Shown here in pieces: positions 24,064 to 35,760 of a stretch of DNA of 64,000 nucleotides. The notes beneath the pieces were generated by a model, which made no database searches, was not told the DNA's origin, and saw only the letters and a list, made by a program, of their open reading frames with translations. A program made the position numbers and the translations under genes. The stretch is from Cetorhinus maximus (lineage: Eukaryota), in the NCBI RefSeq assembly GCF_964194155.1, contig NC_135914.1, positions 1,860,001 to 1,924,000 on the forward strand. The letters run 5' to 3'. The number at the start of each line of letters is the position of its first letter. Positions within the stretch are counted from its first letter, which is position 1.

Positions 24064-24902
24064 ACTGACCAAACCCACTCACTCAAATGCAGCTTACCCA
24101 ACGGGGCAAAAGCCAGCACAGCCGTCTTGTTGGTGGAACTGTCTGGACTGAGATTGGGACAGAGTTAACGAATATTTTGAACCAAATTATCATGCTGTGC
24201 ACGATATGAATTCATTTCACTTGCTCTATTAACCTCAACCAATAGTGCGGTACATATCTGAGCGCTACATAGCCAAACTTATCAGCACAGTAGTAGGAAC
24301 TCGAGTTATTCCACTGGACATTGCGAATTCCCAGTATCAATTGAAGTTTGCTGTTGCCTTTTTTGGAAATAAACTTACAATCGGCCCATTAACAGGGACG
24401 GATATCGATTAGTATCGGGCCTTCACCCACAGGTATTTTGACCAGAAATTGCGAGATACCAATCCTTCCTCATAAATGTAGTGACAGGTTAATTGCGCCG
24501 TCTGGCCGACTTCAGCTGTCAATATGAAGCGTCTCTGAGACAGAGAGAGTTCGGATTCTGCAACTAAAAATATTATTGCTTCGTGGCCATTGATTGTGGA
24601 GAGACAGGAAGCAGCGGCTTTGAAACGCGTGGCCTGTAATTTAAGAATAGTCAGGTCATTGCCTTTAATTATTCTTGGTTAGATTTATTTTCCAATTTGC
24701 GTTTTCTTCACTTTACAGGAGGTACCAGTAGATAATCTCACATGATCAGATTAAGTTCCTTCACCTAATCGCTGGATCAAATTTTCAGCTTGAGAAACAC
24801 TTTTTCTGGCTGATTCCTGTTCAAAATTCTCACCCACCTCTTCCCCATCATAAACCCGCAGAACTTGGAAAATGAGCATCAGAGATAAAGATTCCTAGGC
24901 AT
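24064..24902 (-). pseudogene. A2: type-A V-C1 receptor pseudogene (leader, V, truncated C1)
   Basis: Leader homolog starting at 24902 is frameshifted (MPRNLYL*) and has lost its donor. V exon about 24557-24234 (ESELSLSQRRFILTAEVGQTAQLTCHYIY..SYYCA) has a frameshift and an in-frame TAA. C1 begins at 24142 (DSSTNKTAVL) and breaks off near 24064. Confidence 0.85.
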
Positions 24903-27119
24903 GTTGACGAGGTGAGCTTTGCTTGCTTTCGCTCCCATCAGTTTGTTACTGCAGGCACAGTGATCTCTGACTGACCTGAGCTCAGACCCAATGAGCTGCT
25001 CCGCTTTCTGATGTTATGGAAACTATGATGAGCTTTGCTATTGACAGTATGACACAATATTAGGTGCGGGTCCTTGTGAATGCCACGTGCATTTGACTTC
25101 CTGTGAGCCACAGCGGTCAAATGGCAGAATGCTTATTAAGGGCTTCATTGGGTTGTCATTCAGAGGGGTGGTAACAGAAAACTACCGGTAGGGGAAAAGG
25201 TTCAATATTGCAGTTAAAGATTGATTCGTTCTCGGGATGAAAGCCTCACTTGGAAGGCCAGCATGTATTAACCATCCAGAATTGCCTATTGAGAAGGTGG
25301 TGGTGAGCTACCTACTTAAAGTGCTGCAGTCCATGTGGTCTAGGTACACCCAGAGTGCTGTTTGGGCGAGGGTTCCAGGATTTTGACCCAGTGGCATTGA
25401 AGGAACTGTGGTTTATTCCAAGTCAGAATGGCTTGTGACTTGGAGGGGAGCTTGCAGTTGGTGGTGATCCATGTATCTGCTGCCCTTGTACTTCTAGGTT
25501 GTAGAGGTCGCAGCTTTAGAATGTGAACGCCAGGAAATCATAAAGTTACGTCACAGAGTTCAATACAATTTATTCTGCAAAGAGGTTTTAAAGATTCTTG
25601 ATGCAGCTTGATAAACACAGAGGCTGGAAAATATTGAATGTGACTTCTGTACATTGATTTGAATTTTAAGTACGGGTATCTCGTTCTCCAAAATACAAGT
25701 TGCACACAGACATGGAGTGGAATTCGAATGGAACATTACGTTCTTGCACTGCACTTATCAGGAATCAATTATAAGATTCTCTTTCTACTTCAGTTCTGCT
25801 CCTTAACATTTCCGTGCACTGTCGTCCTTTCTGTTAAGCCTCATCTGTGATATAAAATGGCAATGCTGATTAGCCTCAATTCAGTGTTTTGAGCTCAATG
25901 TAGAAATGAATATAAAATGATTTGGCTGATTGATTCCGTGAAGAGTTTCAAACAATAATGCATGTTTATCTTTAAATCTTACTCTAAGTGCGACTACAGC
26001 AGTTCAATGGAAAATTCACTGTACAGTTATACTTTTGAAATAACTGTTAAGCTGCTTTGATGTTAAAGTTTACAAACTTACATAGAATCTACAGCACAGA
26101 AACAGGCCATTCGACTCGAATCTACGTGCTTGAGGTTATGCACCACACGGGCCTTCTCCCAGCCCCTCTTCCTCTCAGCCCAAGAGCTTATTCATTTCTT
26201 CCTTTCTCACGCATATGTTTGTCCAGCTTCACACTTAAACACATCTCTGCAAGGCTCTACCACTCCTGATGGGAACAGGTTCCACATTCTCCCTCTTGTC
26301 TAGGTGAAGGAGTTTCTCCTGGATTCCCGGCTGGATTTATCTCATATTGATGACCCTAAGTTACAGAGGACCACTGGAACACAAGAGCAGGATTAGGCCA
26401 TTTCGCGTTTCGAGCCTGCTCCACCTTTTAATATGATCATGGCCGATCTGGTTGTGGTCTCAAATCCACTTTCCCGACTGCCGCACATAGTCCCTGAGTC
26501 CCTTGCCGAACAAAATTCTGTCCATCACGGTCTTGAATACGTTCAAACGCCCAGGCGCCACTACTTTGTGGGGAACGACCATTTGGGTGACAAAAAATTC
26601 TCCTCATCTCTCTCTTAAAATGGAGACCTTTATATTTGAAACATGTCCTCTAGCTTTGTGCACAACAGGAAACATCCTCCGGCTATCCGCGCTATCAAGG
26701 CCCCTCAGGAAGATATACCTTTCAATAGGATCACCTTTCATTCCTCTAAACCCCAGTTGGAGTTCCTGAATTCCCGGTTGGATTTATTGATGACCAATAT
26801 TTTGGTAATACTGCCGAAGTAGAGCCACCTTCCCGACGTCTGCCGAAATGAAGCATTTCATAATTTTAAAGACTTCGGTCGAGTCACCCCTCAATTTTCC
26901 CCTTTTATAAGAGTAAAGAGCCCCTGCCTGTTTATTTTCCCTGATAATGATAAGCTCGCCGTCCTAGTGTCATCCTTGTGAAATATTAATTGTACCTTTT
27001 CCACTGTCTCTGTAACCTTTCTAGAATATGCAGAGGTGTGTTCTGTACTCCAAGTGTGGTCTAACTAATGTGAGTACATACCTGCTGTATTTTGTAAAAC
27101 AGATGAGTGCGTGACAGCA

Positions 27120-27185
27120 TTTCAACCTGCAATAAACAGGAAAACCGCAGAGAGCTGTCAACCTCGGCATCATTTTCCAACCCCT
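27120..27185 (+). promoter_or_regulatory. Type-B promoter core (TAAACAGGAAAACCGCA)
   Basis: About 190 nt upstream of the B1 ATG. Forkhead/ETS composite AAACAGGAA adjacent to RUNX AACCGCA. Homologs at about 36105-36125, 9178-9233 and 50930-50978. Confidence 0.55.
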
Positions 27186-27323
27186 ATCTTGTATCTATGA
27201 ATAAACACAGAACGCCATTCAGTCTGCACATTTCACACCTCCTTCACACCGAGAGATCGAGGGCGAGTTCGCAATGAGATTCGGATTGGGGGCTCAGAGT
27301 CTGACCGTCTGAAGTCCCGGACA

Positions 27324-30300
27324 ATGAGCTTCCTAGGTGTGTGTGCATTGTCCCATCTCTTCCAGGGTGAGAAATCGTAACATGTTCAGATAGAGTGGAT
27401 AAGGGATTGGATAGAGTAAATAAGGAGAAAGAGTTTCCACTGGCAGGAGGGTCGGTAACCAGAGGGACACAGATTGAAGAGAATCAGCAATAGAACCAGA
27501 GGGAGATGAGATTCTATTTTAACTAAGCCAGTTGTTGTGACCTGGAAGGCGCTGCCTGAAAAGGCGGTAGAAGCCAATTCAATCGGAAGTTTCAAAAGGG
27601 AAATTGGATAAATACTTGAAAAGGAAACAGTTGCAGGGGTATGCGGGAAGGAGAATGTTGTGAGCGGGGGCTAAATGGATAGATATGTCAGAGTGCTAGC
27701 ACTTTGAAGGGCCGAATGGCCTCTGCCTGAGCTTTGCGGTTCTATAAGATGTAATTCAGTTTTCAAGTCGGACGTAAAAATAGAGCGAATATAGTCAACA
27801 ACGTGGGAAATGTGTATACGGCAGGAATAATGAATGGAAATAAACCGAAATGGATCCTCTCCTGGAATGAAAGATGTGAGTTGGCTCCATTGAAATTATT
27901 GGCAATTGAGAAGAGCACAGAGTTTCTAGTAGATCATTAGAGTGAGTTATAATCTCTGTAACAAAATAAAATGCCCAAAGTCAGCCGAGAAGAAGAGGGA
28001 ACGAAGGGTGGATGAGAGAAAAATAAAACAGGAGGAAAATTTCGATTTCAAGCAGCCCTTTTAAGTTATTAAGTTCATACAGTTCCCATGTGTGTATCCC
28101 AGTGATTAAATTAGATTGAGTGGTGAATGAACTCGTACTGTGCCCTTGGAAAGACAGGGGTAAACCGACGCAAACAACCGATTCCGCGCGATTTTCAGAT
28201 ATGGACTACTCTTTAAAAAGGCTTTTGCTTCCTCCATTTCGAGGTGTCTTCGCCGGAGGCCGGCTTCAGGAGCGAGGGTGTGCGGGTGACGGGCCGCTCC
28301 AAAATCTGTGGTAACCTCTTGTTTTTTCTCTCTCGCTCAGTTATTGTGTCTCAGCCTGTCTTGTCCCAGTCTCCGCCGGTTCAGACACTCCCTGCGGGCA
28401 GTCGAGCTGAACTGAGCTGCCACACGGAGAGCCCATTAGTTGATTACGCCTTTTGGTACAGACAGTGGTGGCGAAACGACATGAAGCTGGTTTACACAGC
28501 AGGCAAGTACCTCCCAGCAGAGGGGAGGTTTTCCAGCGAGAGCTCTGACAAAGCGGGTAATTATTCATTGCTCATTGCGGATACCCGGAGAAATGATTCT
28601 GGAATGTATTACTGTGCAATCCGCAATTACCAGAACAGGGTCTTAATAATCGGAAATGGCTCCAAGTTAGTGATTACAGGTAAATTTCATCAATATTCCA
28701 TTGCATTGCGTATTTCTACAGCAATTAAAATTGTCTGGTTTCAGTTCTTAATGGGGTTTCTGTTCCATTTGCCAAACTTAGAGGGCTCTCCGACCATATT
28801 CCTCCTCGCCCTGCCGGAGGATGAGATTCCTTCGATGGAAAGGGTCCCGTTGTTGTGTTTGAACAGAGGTTTGTCCCCCGATCCCTTTTCCGTCCGCTGG
28901 AATGTTTCCGGGCGGGATATCGAAGGACAGACAGATTCCGGGACAATTGAGACGGACGGGACTTACACCATCAGGAGTTACGCCACCCTCTCGGCAGAAA
29001 CTTGGAGATCCGGCGCTGTCTATACTTGCACAGTTCAAATCAACTCCAGTGACAATCACCTCAGTGCAAGTGTCTCATCTCAGAGAGGTAGCTGTTAACA
29101 GTGACCGTTTACCAATCTATTTAAAGCTGATGGGAGACTTTGTCAATTTTGTAGATTAGAATTGTCCATCTTTCCGTGTGTGTCCATGTATCATCATTTT
29201 ATCATTGACCTATCACAGATCTCTCTATCTTTCAGAGTTTAGCTTTCAGAACGTTTTACTCTATCTGTCCTCTCTACCCGAGAGAGCTATGGATGTTCAG
29301 TCACAGAGATAAATTTTTTCATATGTGTACACGGTGGAAATATGAAGCTGCAGTACAGTATTAGCCTTAGTCTTATTGAATGGCGCACCAACTTTAATGG
29401 ACCGAATGGTCTCTTGCGCCCATTTCTTGTGTTGGTGTGTCTGGTTAGGCATATTGACATGGTTCCATGCCACTGGATGATTTGGCAGTGTGTAAAATTG
29501 AAAGGTGCTATTACATTCTCAGTGCAGCACTTTGTCTCACAATGCCATTATACAATTACCTATTCATCCCTCTACCTAATTCACATGCACAGTATTTCTG
29601 GCTGTCTCAGTTAAACGTTTAGTTAAAAGGTACTATATTTAACTGTTTGTCTGCCTATTTATCTGTCTATCCATCTTTCTCTCTCTCTCTCTCACTTTCT
29701 TTCTCTCTCTCTCTCTAGCAATCATTATATTTCTTTCCGAGTGCAGTGCAATATGTCTACCCCTTCTGTCTGTCTGTCCGGCTCTCTGTTTCTTTCTCTC
29801 TGATCTCGTCTCTCTTTTTTCTGCCTTTCTCTGCTTCTGTCTCACTCAGTTTGTCACTTTATGTCTGTTTCATTCTCTGTCTCTGTTGATTTATTTATTC
29901 ATCTCTCCATTTGTCTATCTCACACTCCCTGTGATTATCTTTTTTCATTTCTGCCGTAGTTAAATGGCGCGGTATAAGACATCTAGCCCATTTACCAATC
30001 TGCCTATCTCTCTCTTTCTATCCTCACTCTCTCTTTCTCTCTCTCTTTCTCTCTCTCCCTCCCTCACTCACTCTCTTTCTCTCTCTCTCTCTCTCTGTAT
30101 CAATCATTACATTTGTTTCCTAGTGCAGTTTAATATGTCTACCCCTTCTGTCTGTCTGTCCGACTCTGTTTCTCGCTTTCTGATCTCCTCTCTTTTTTCT
30201 GCCTTTCTCTGCTTTTGTCTCTCTCAATTTGTCATTTTATTTCTGTCTCATTCTCTGTCTCTGTTGATTTATTTATTGATCTCTCCATTTGTCTATCTCA

Positions 30301-32657
30301 CTCTTCCTGTGATTATCTTGTTCATTTCTGCCGTTGTTAAATGGTGCGTGATAAGACATCTAGCCCATTTGCCAATCTGCTTATTTCTCTCTTTCTATCC
30401 TCTCTCTCTCTTTTTTTCTCTCTCCCTCTCCCTCTCTCACTGTTTGTCCTCATGCATGATTCACTGATAGCTTGTATGCAGCTACAGCAGGTAACAAGGA
30501 AGGCAAATAATATTTTGTCATTTATTGCTAAAGGAATAGAGCATAAAACAGGGAAGTGATTTTGCAGTTGTAAAAGGCATTGGTGAGACCGAACCTGGAG
30601 TGCTGTGCACAGTTTTGGTCCCCTTACTTGAGCAACGGTGCAGTTGCATTAGAGACGATTCAGAGAAGGTTCACTAGATTCATTGCAGAGTTGCGTGGCT
30701 TGTCTTATGAGGAGAGATTGAGCAGTTTAGGCCTGTACTCGCTGGAGCTTAGAAGGATGAGAGGAAATCTAATTGAGGTATATAAGACGCTAAAGTGGAT
30801 AGAGAAAGTAGACGTGGAACTGATGTTTCCCCTTGTGGGGCATTGTAGAACGAGAGGCCATAGTTTTCAGCTAAGGGGTCGTAGAATTAAATCAGAGATG
30901 AGGAGAAATTACTTTTCTCAAAGGGTCGTGAAACTGTGGAATTCAGTACCTCAGAGTGCAGTGGATGCCGGGACGCTGAATAAATTTAGGGAGGAGATAG
31001 ACAGGTTTTTAATTAGTAACGGATTTAAAGTTTATGGGAAGAGGGCGGGAAATTGGAGTTGAGGCTGAAATGAGATCAGCCATGATCGTATTGAATGGCG
31101 GGGCAGGCTCGAGGGGCTGGGTTGCCTACTCCTGCTCCTAGTTATTATGTTCTTATTTTTGTTTGTCTCTCTCTCACACTCTCTCTCTCTTCCCCGCTGC
31201 CTTTCTATTGCCCCCTGTTTCCATCTGTCACTAAATCTCTTTCACTCTCTATTTCTCTCTCTCTGTCGCTCTCTCTCTTCCTCCCTCTGTCTGCCTCTAT
31301 CTCTCTTTCATTATCGATGCCTCTATCTAACGATTTATCTGTGCATTTCTATCCTAGTTAATCTGTTTTGTATCATATATATGCCTTTTCTATCAGCCTC
31401 TCTCCATCTCTCTCTATGTTACTATTTATCTCCTGTTTAAACAGTGCTGTATAAGATCTATGCTTTCAATTGCTATCCAACTATCCATCTCTCTATCTAT
31501 TTGTCCTCTCTCTTTTTATCTCATTCTGCTTCTGTCCTGTTTCAACACTGTTGTGTAAGATCCCTGCTCTATTTCAGGATGATGAACTTGGCAAAAAATC
31601 AATTCCCATTTTCGGGTGAAGTCAAACATTTAAATTGTCAAAATTTCTCTTGTTTAGTTAATTTCACAAACTTATTTCAAATGAAAGGCTTTCTTTTTCA
31701 GGTTCTCCGCCCCCTACCACCTGCAGTGTCCCGCTTTCCGGGAGTTTGTCGGTGGCGGCGCTTCTCCTTCTGGGGGTGATCCTTGTGGCCAGGAGAAGGA
31801 ACTGCAGGAACAGGCAGACAGGTAGCGATTTTTGGGAGACGCTGTAACTCCGCGGTGCTCTCAATCCATCTATTTATTAAGTTATTGATACTTTTAGCCT
31901 GTTCAGTGTGAAATGTAACCATTTACGCTCAGTTCAAATTTTACTTTCTAACAGGAAAAATGAACATTGATGAGCAACTGACAGTTTCCAGAGAACAACC
32001 AGAGAATACAGAGGTAAAAGTATGGAGTTACTGTCACCACAACGCGTGAATACATTTCACGGAATTCTAATCCAAGGATTGCATTTCACAATTATTTTCC
32101 TATGAGCCTTGAAAACTTTGCGTAGTGAGCGCTACAGTATTGGCGAAACAGGCTTCAATCCTCCGAGTGCAGCGGGTTAAGGGGTAATCTCACCGAGGGC
32201 TTTATGGTAGTTAAAGGATACGTTAGGCTCAATGGAGAGAAGCTTTTCCACTTTTGGGGCTGGGAAGGGGGGAGTCCAGAACAAGAGGAAGAACGTTAAC
32301 ATTAGATCAGCTCGTTGAGATGTGATATCAGGAAGCACATCGTAACTCAAAAGCGAGTGGAAATCTGGAAATCTCTCCCCTCAAAAGCTGCTGCGGCTGC
32401 GGGATCAATTGGAAATACCAAAACTGAGATTGATAGATTTGTGTTGCGTAACAGGATTAAGGATTATGAAACCAGGTTGGGTAGATGGGAGTTATGATAC
32501 AGATCCGCCATGATCTCAGCGAATAGGCTGGAGGGGTTGAATGGCCTTCTCCTAACCCTATACTGATGGTGCTCATTATATTATCGCTTCTGTTTTTACT
32601 TTTCCTCCACAGACACATTATGCCCGCCTGGCATTTAAGGACGATCCCAGACTCTGA
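27324..32657 (+). CDS. Gene B1: germline-joined VJ-C1 (light-chain/TCR-like) membrane receptor with TxYxxL tail, 303 aa
   Basis: Leader 27324-27366 (MSFLGVCALSHLFQ); V-J 28341-28679 (QPVLSQSP..LSC..WYRQ..DSGMYYCA..IIGNGSKLVIT); C1 28782-29087 (LLCL..G..P..V.W..DGTY..W..YTCTV); TM 31702-31821 (GSPPPTTCSVPLSGSLSVAALLLLGVILVARRRN); cytoplasmic 31955-32013 and 32613-32657 (THYARLAFKDDPRL*). 912 nt with compatible phases; every exon has a homolog in pseudogene B2. Confidence 0.85.
29640..30450. repeat. CT-rich tandem duplication, unit about 380 bp, in the B1 C1-TM intron
   Basis: CAATCATTA.ATTT.TTTCC.AGTGCAG..AGACATCTAGCCCATTT occurs twice (about 29719 and 30101). Confidence 0.75.
30470..31160 (+). 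mobile_element. CR1 LINE 3' end
   Basis: ORF 30580-31062 LVRP.LE.C.QFWSPY..LELRRMRG.LIEVYK..RTRGH..FSQRVV.LWN. Confidence 0.9.
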
Positions 32658-35259
32658 TTGGAGAGGAAAGAGGGGGAGAGCTCACAGTCTTTTTCTCGAA
32701 AATGACGTGTTGCAGTAAGTTTCCTCTGTTGGGCGGGAAAGCCCGAAAGTCCAACCGACGTAAACTCAGGCGCATTATCGGCGCAATTTTGCCATATTGC
32801 CCAAAGCGGGAACTGAATTTTCTCCTAATGTTCGCTTTCCTAACGAGGAAATATCGCCTGCAGTTTCTCTCCAACATCTCCAAGTTTCTCTTATCTGGTA
32901 TTAGTGTTTATTATTGCATTCTGCATCTTTAATCAGTATGTCAGAAAGATATCATTCAAACAGGTTTAACAATGTATCTGTGCTAGAGTTACCTACATAT
33001 TAAAACCATTGAATAACAGTGACAGCTCCATGCTTGTTTTTTTTTTGATCATTCAGACCAGATGCGCTCAGGGTATCTCTGAGGCCAATATACAAATACA
33101 CTTTTAGAGTGAATGTTGTTAAGACAGAAGTAGGGCTAAGGACAGACAGGTACTGGGTGGGGATTTAGGCTGCATTGATATGAAAGCTGCGTTGCTAGTG
33201 AACCCCGAGTCTTCACTGGTTGTGTCCTGGGAGGGAACAATGTTACATTTACTCTTGAAAGAAGATTATTTACAATTCTTTGGCCCTTTTGATAATGCAG
33301 TTGAGCGCATTTTACCGACTGAAATCACTGGTTCGAAGATACTTACAGCAAAGGAGGAGGCCAATCGGCCCGTCACGCCTGTGCCAGCTTTTTGAATACG
33401 TACTTTAGTCCCACACTCCAGCTGTGTCCTCATGACCCAAAGAATTAGTCATCTTGTAACGCACCGCTCATTAAATGTTAGTCTCTATCCTGAGTGCAGC
33501 ACATCCCATCGGATGTGACTGAAAGCGGCTTGCTCGCGATGCTAATAATCCGCAAACATGAACACAATTCGCTCCTCACATTCAAATGTCAGTCTAACGC
33601 TTGAGTAAATTTGAGGTAATGTTTCACTGAGGTGATGTAATCTATTTCCATGACTATTTCATCAACGTTAAAAAGCTGAGCTGGAAACCGTTGCAGTGCT
33701 GATCACTGGATATCTGGTTTGCAGAGTGTCTTGTGATTCCTCTTCGTAGCAGATAGAAACGTTCCCAAATTAATACTGGCTTATTCTGCTGTAAATCCTC
33801 ATTCTGCACAGATATTTGAGAGTATTTCTAGACACTTATTACAAGATGCATGTGGACAAAGTCATTATGCTAAACACAGTTCAACCGTCCGTCAAGCTTC
33901 TGTCATCCTCAACCTGCAGGAAAAAAACTTCTTCCTTAAAAAATATCAGTGAGCTTTGCAAGAGCTTCCCTATTCTACCTACCCAGGGAACCATTCCTCG
34001 TGCTGATCATTCTGCATGTCATCGACCTCCAGGCATCAGTCCTCATAATACCTTGACATATTAATCCCAGGGACACAATGGAGCCATTCAGTCCCTCAGG
34101 TTGGATTTGGCATTCGAACTGGTCATGGCTGAAATTAGGAAATTGGGATAATTTAAGTGCGTTCTCTGTGTTTTTGTGTTCTTTTAAGCATAAGGTACAT
34201 CTTTAAGTTTAATTGATATATTTTTTCTATTTTTCGATTAAAATGTGAAACCTGGGATCTAGTTTCATTTTTGAATGGGGGCAGCAGGACTAAAGCTGTA
34301 TTTGTTTTCTGGCGCTTCTAATGACTTTTATTAATCTTGAAGTGAGTGTAAAACAATCACAAGAGTAAAAACAAACGGTAATGTTGCCGAGCATTAGGGG
34401 TGCAGGAAGGGAGTCACTCACCCAGAAGCGCACACACACTCACATATATAAACGAACAGAGAGAGAAAGAGAGAGAGAAAGTAGCAGTTTGAGTTCACTT
34501 GGAAGCAGCTGCCAACGAGAGGATGGAGATCAGAGATAGCAAGTCGCAAACTGAAGTTGAAGTCAAGACTCCAGATAAATAGTCTACTGGGAGACGAGGC
34601 TGCAGAGAGCAGGTTTCCCAAAAGAACCGAAAGGTTCCAAGCCCAAGGAGTGATACAGAAACGTGGCAAATTCACAAGGATACGTTCCAGTTAAATGAAA
34701 GACAGGGGCCGGGTGTTAAATTGATTGGATATTCTCATTTTACCGTGTAAAGCTACCTGGGGATTCATTGAAAGAAGCTCTGCTCAAGCTGCACCTAGGC
34801 CTCATCTCCTCAGGTGTAAAAAAAAGGGCAGCTGCCAGTGAGGGAGAAACACCATCAGGCACTCTCTCTGCTGTCACCGGAGAAGGTGGTTAATGAACTG
34901 AATGACCCAATTCAGCTCCAAGTTTGAGTATTCTTAAAATGAACCATTAATCTGCTCGGAGACTATTTGACAGGAAATAGTTAATGAGTCCTTCAGAAAC
35001 AAAATTAAACTGGTTTGAATTTTATAATAACGGATTCAAATATTTTAATGATGGATTTGTGAACTTTAGCCGATTATTACACTCTGACATTGTTCACTGG
35101 TATAATTTATTCTCCAAAATAAATCAGATAGAAGGTCTTAGAAATGTGTTGCCAAAATATTGCCTTAAATTTTAGACTTGGATTATTCGGCGAGTGAATG
35201 TGATTTACCGATATTCCACCGACGTTGGATACCTGGATGATTCAGGATATCACAAAATG

Positions 35260-35760
35260 CAGGTTAATGGACACCAGGTTAAATGGTTTGCGTCGGGTCA
35301 CGGAATTGTTGCCTCCGGTTTCGGGGTTATAACTATCAGGAAAGGTTGAACTGGCCGGGGCAGTTTCCTCTAGAAAGGTGGAGGCTGAGGGGGTGGCCTC
35401 TTAGAGTTCTTCAAAATTATGAACATATTCGATATGGAAGACGTAAAGAAGATATATCCCAATTGTGGGAGAGAGAACAGAACTAGGGACCATCAATATA
35501 TGATAGACACCAATAAATCCAATCAGGAATGCAGGAGAACCATCTTTACTCATACAGTGTGGAGAATGTGAAACGCGCTCGCAGAGGGAGTGGTCGAAGT
35601 GAATCGCATAGATGCATTTAAGGAGGAATCAGCAATAACACACGAGGTGTGAGGGATAGAGGACATGTTGATGGTGTGGGATGAAGGGGCTGTGGGCGGA
35701 AGATCCTGTGCAGTAGAAACACCGGCACAGAGCATATGGCCGATTCTCCGCTGATCCACA
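35260..35760 (+). mobile_element. CR1 LINE 3' fragment; similar decayed pieces at 5.3-5.7, 26.1-27.1, 27.4-27.75, 32.15-32.56, 39.0-39.5 and 42.2-42.5 kb
   Basis: YQERLN..LERWRLRG; recurrent ATGGGCCGAATGGCC-type 3' motif. Confidence 0.65.

Noticed and set aside
28201-28243. MDYSLKRLLLPPFR as the B1 leader
   Set aside because: Weak donor and poor signal peptide. The exon at 27324-27366 has a strong donor and a homolog in B2.
28605-28620. TACTGTG cryptic heptamer at YYCA, and scattered CACAGTG (e.g. 3350, 7495, 8725, 24956), as recombination signal sequences
   Set aside because: The first follows from the Tyr-Cys-Ala codons. The CACAGTG sites checked have no ACAAAAACC-like nonamer at 12 or 23 bp and lie mostly in repeats or promoters.
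27324-32657. Calling these genes bona fide TCR or IgL loci
   Set aside because: No separate V/J segments or RSS, uncharged TM, multi-exon tyrosine-motif tails, and a V-C intron of only about 100 nt.
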